A stretch of DNA of 6,055 nt from Escherichia coli (lineage in GTDB: Bacteria; Pseudomonadota; Gammaproteobacteria; Enterobacterales; Enterobacteriaceae). Below are positions 5,669 to 6,055 of this stretch, piece by piece. The number at the start of each line of letters is the position of its first letter. Positions within the stretch are counted from its first letter, which is position 1. The notes below the pieces were generated by a model. That model was not told where the DNA came from. It saw nothing but the letters and a program-made list of their open reading frames with translations, and searched no databases. The stretch lies in the NCBI RefSeq assembly GCF_048403405.1, contig NZ_CP183132.1; one strand, written 5' to 3'. A program made the translations under genes and the position numbers.

Positions 5669-5775
5669 TGTAAACGAAAAAACCGCCTTGCAGGGCGGTT
5701 TGATCGAAGGTTAAGTCAGCTTGCAGACTGCTTAACCAGGTAACTGTCTTATGCGAGACGAGTCACCAAAATTGT
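5669..5775 (-). ncRNA. RNAI: RNA I, second copy of 38-144 in the terminal overlap
   Basis: Identical sequence at offset 5631. Confidence 0.7.
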
Positions 5776-6055
5776 TCTTCTAGTGTAGCCGCACTCCGGC
5801 AGCCACTTCAAGTACTCTCTAAATATCTCGCACATGACTTTTACCAATGGCTGCTGCCAGTGGCGCTTTGTGGTGTCTTTTCCGGGTTGGACCCAAGAGA
5901 ACAGTTACCGGAGAAGGCGCAGCAGTCGGGCTGAACGGGGGGTTCCTGCATACAGCCCAGCCCGGAGCGAACTGCCTAAGTCGCCCCGAGATACCAGAAG
6001 ACGTGAGCTATGAGAAAGCGCCACGTGTCCCGTAAGGGAGAAAGGCGGAAAAGGT
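5670..6055 (+). ncRNA. RNAII: RNA II, 5' part, second copy of 39-424 truncated by the window end
   Basis: Identical sequence at offset 5631. Confidence 0.65.

Larger units (their letters stand above)
5632..6055. repeat. Terminal redundancy of the linearised circular plasmid (exact copy of 1-424)
   Basis: Positions 5632-6055 are identical to 1-424 (offset 5631) and the ORF track repeats the same 62-aa ORF at 216-404 and 5847-6035. The content is the RNA II promoter, RNA I and the 5' part of RNA II. Confidence 0.95.

Noticed and set aside
1-6055. Terminal direct repeat as transposon/IS ends or LTRs; also checked for CRISPR arrays, tRNA/rRNA genes and a plasmid Rep protein
   Set aside because: The repeat is an exact 424-bp overlap containing ori elements, i.e. 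circular redundancy. No short repeat-spacer arrays, no tRNA-like or rRNA-like sequence, and no rep gene were seen, as expected for an RNA-primed ColE1 replicon.

Overview
The window is a complete small ColE1/pMB1-type mobilizable plasmid of about 5631 bp, written linearly across its circular junction: positions 5632-6055 repeat positions 1-424 exactly (the ORF track shows the same 62-aa ORF at 216-404 and 5847-6035). The backbone is recognisable from the sequence: an RNA II / RNA I replication-control region and oriV (about 1-650), a bom/oriT-like region (about 850-915), rom on the minus strand (1036-1227), the mobilization cluster mbeC-mbeA with mbeB and mbeD nested inside mbeA in other frames (1259-3170), and a cer-like XerCD resolution site (about 3190-3375). 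Family assignments rest on recalled ColE1/pBR322 sequence and were not checked by search. Between cer and the RNA II promoter, where ColE1 carries its colicin/immunity/lysis genes, lies an AT-rich (roughly 30-35% G+C by eye versus above 50% for the backbone) two-gene operon on the plus strand. It encodes a 350-aa soluble protein I cannot assign to any family (3544-4596) and, starting 2 nt after its stop, a 288-aa protein with about ten hydrophobic helices typical of DMT/EamA transporters (4598-5464). This cargo operon is the candidate undescribed system; its function cannot be determined from sequence alone. No rRNA, tRNA, CRISPR array, transposase or IS ends were seen.
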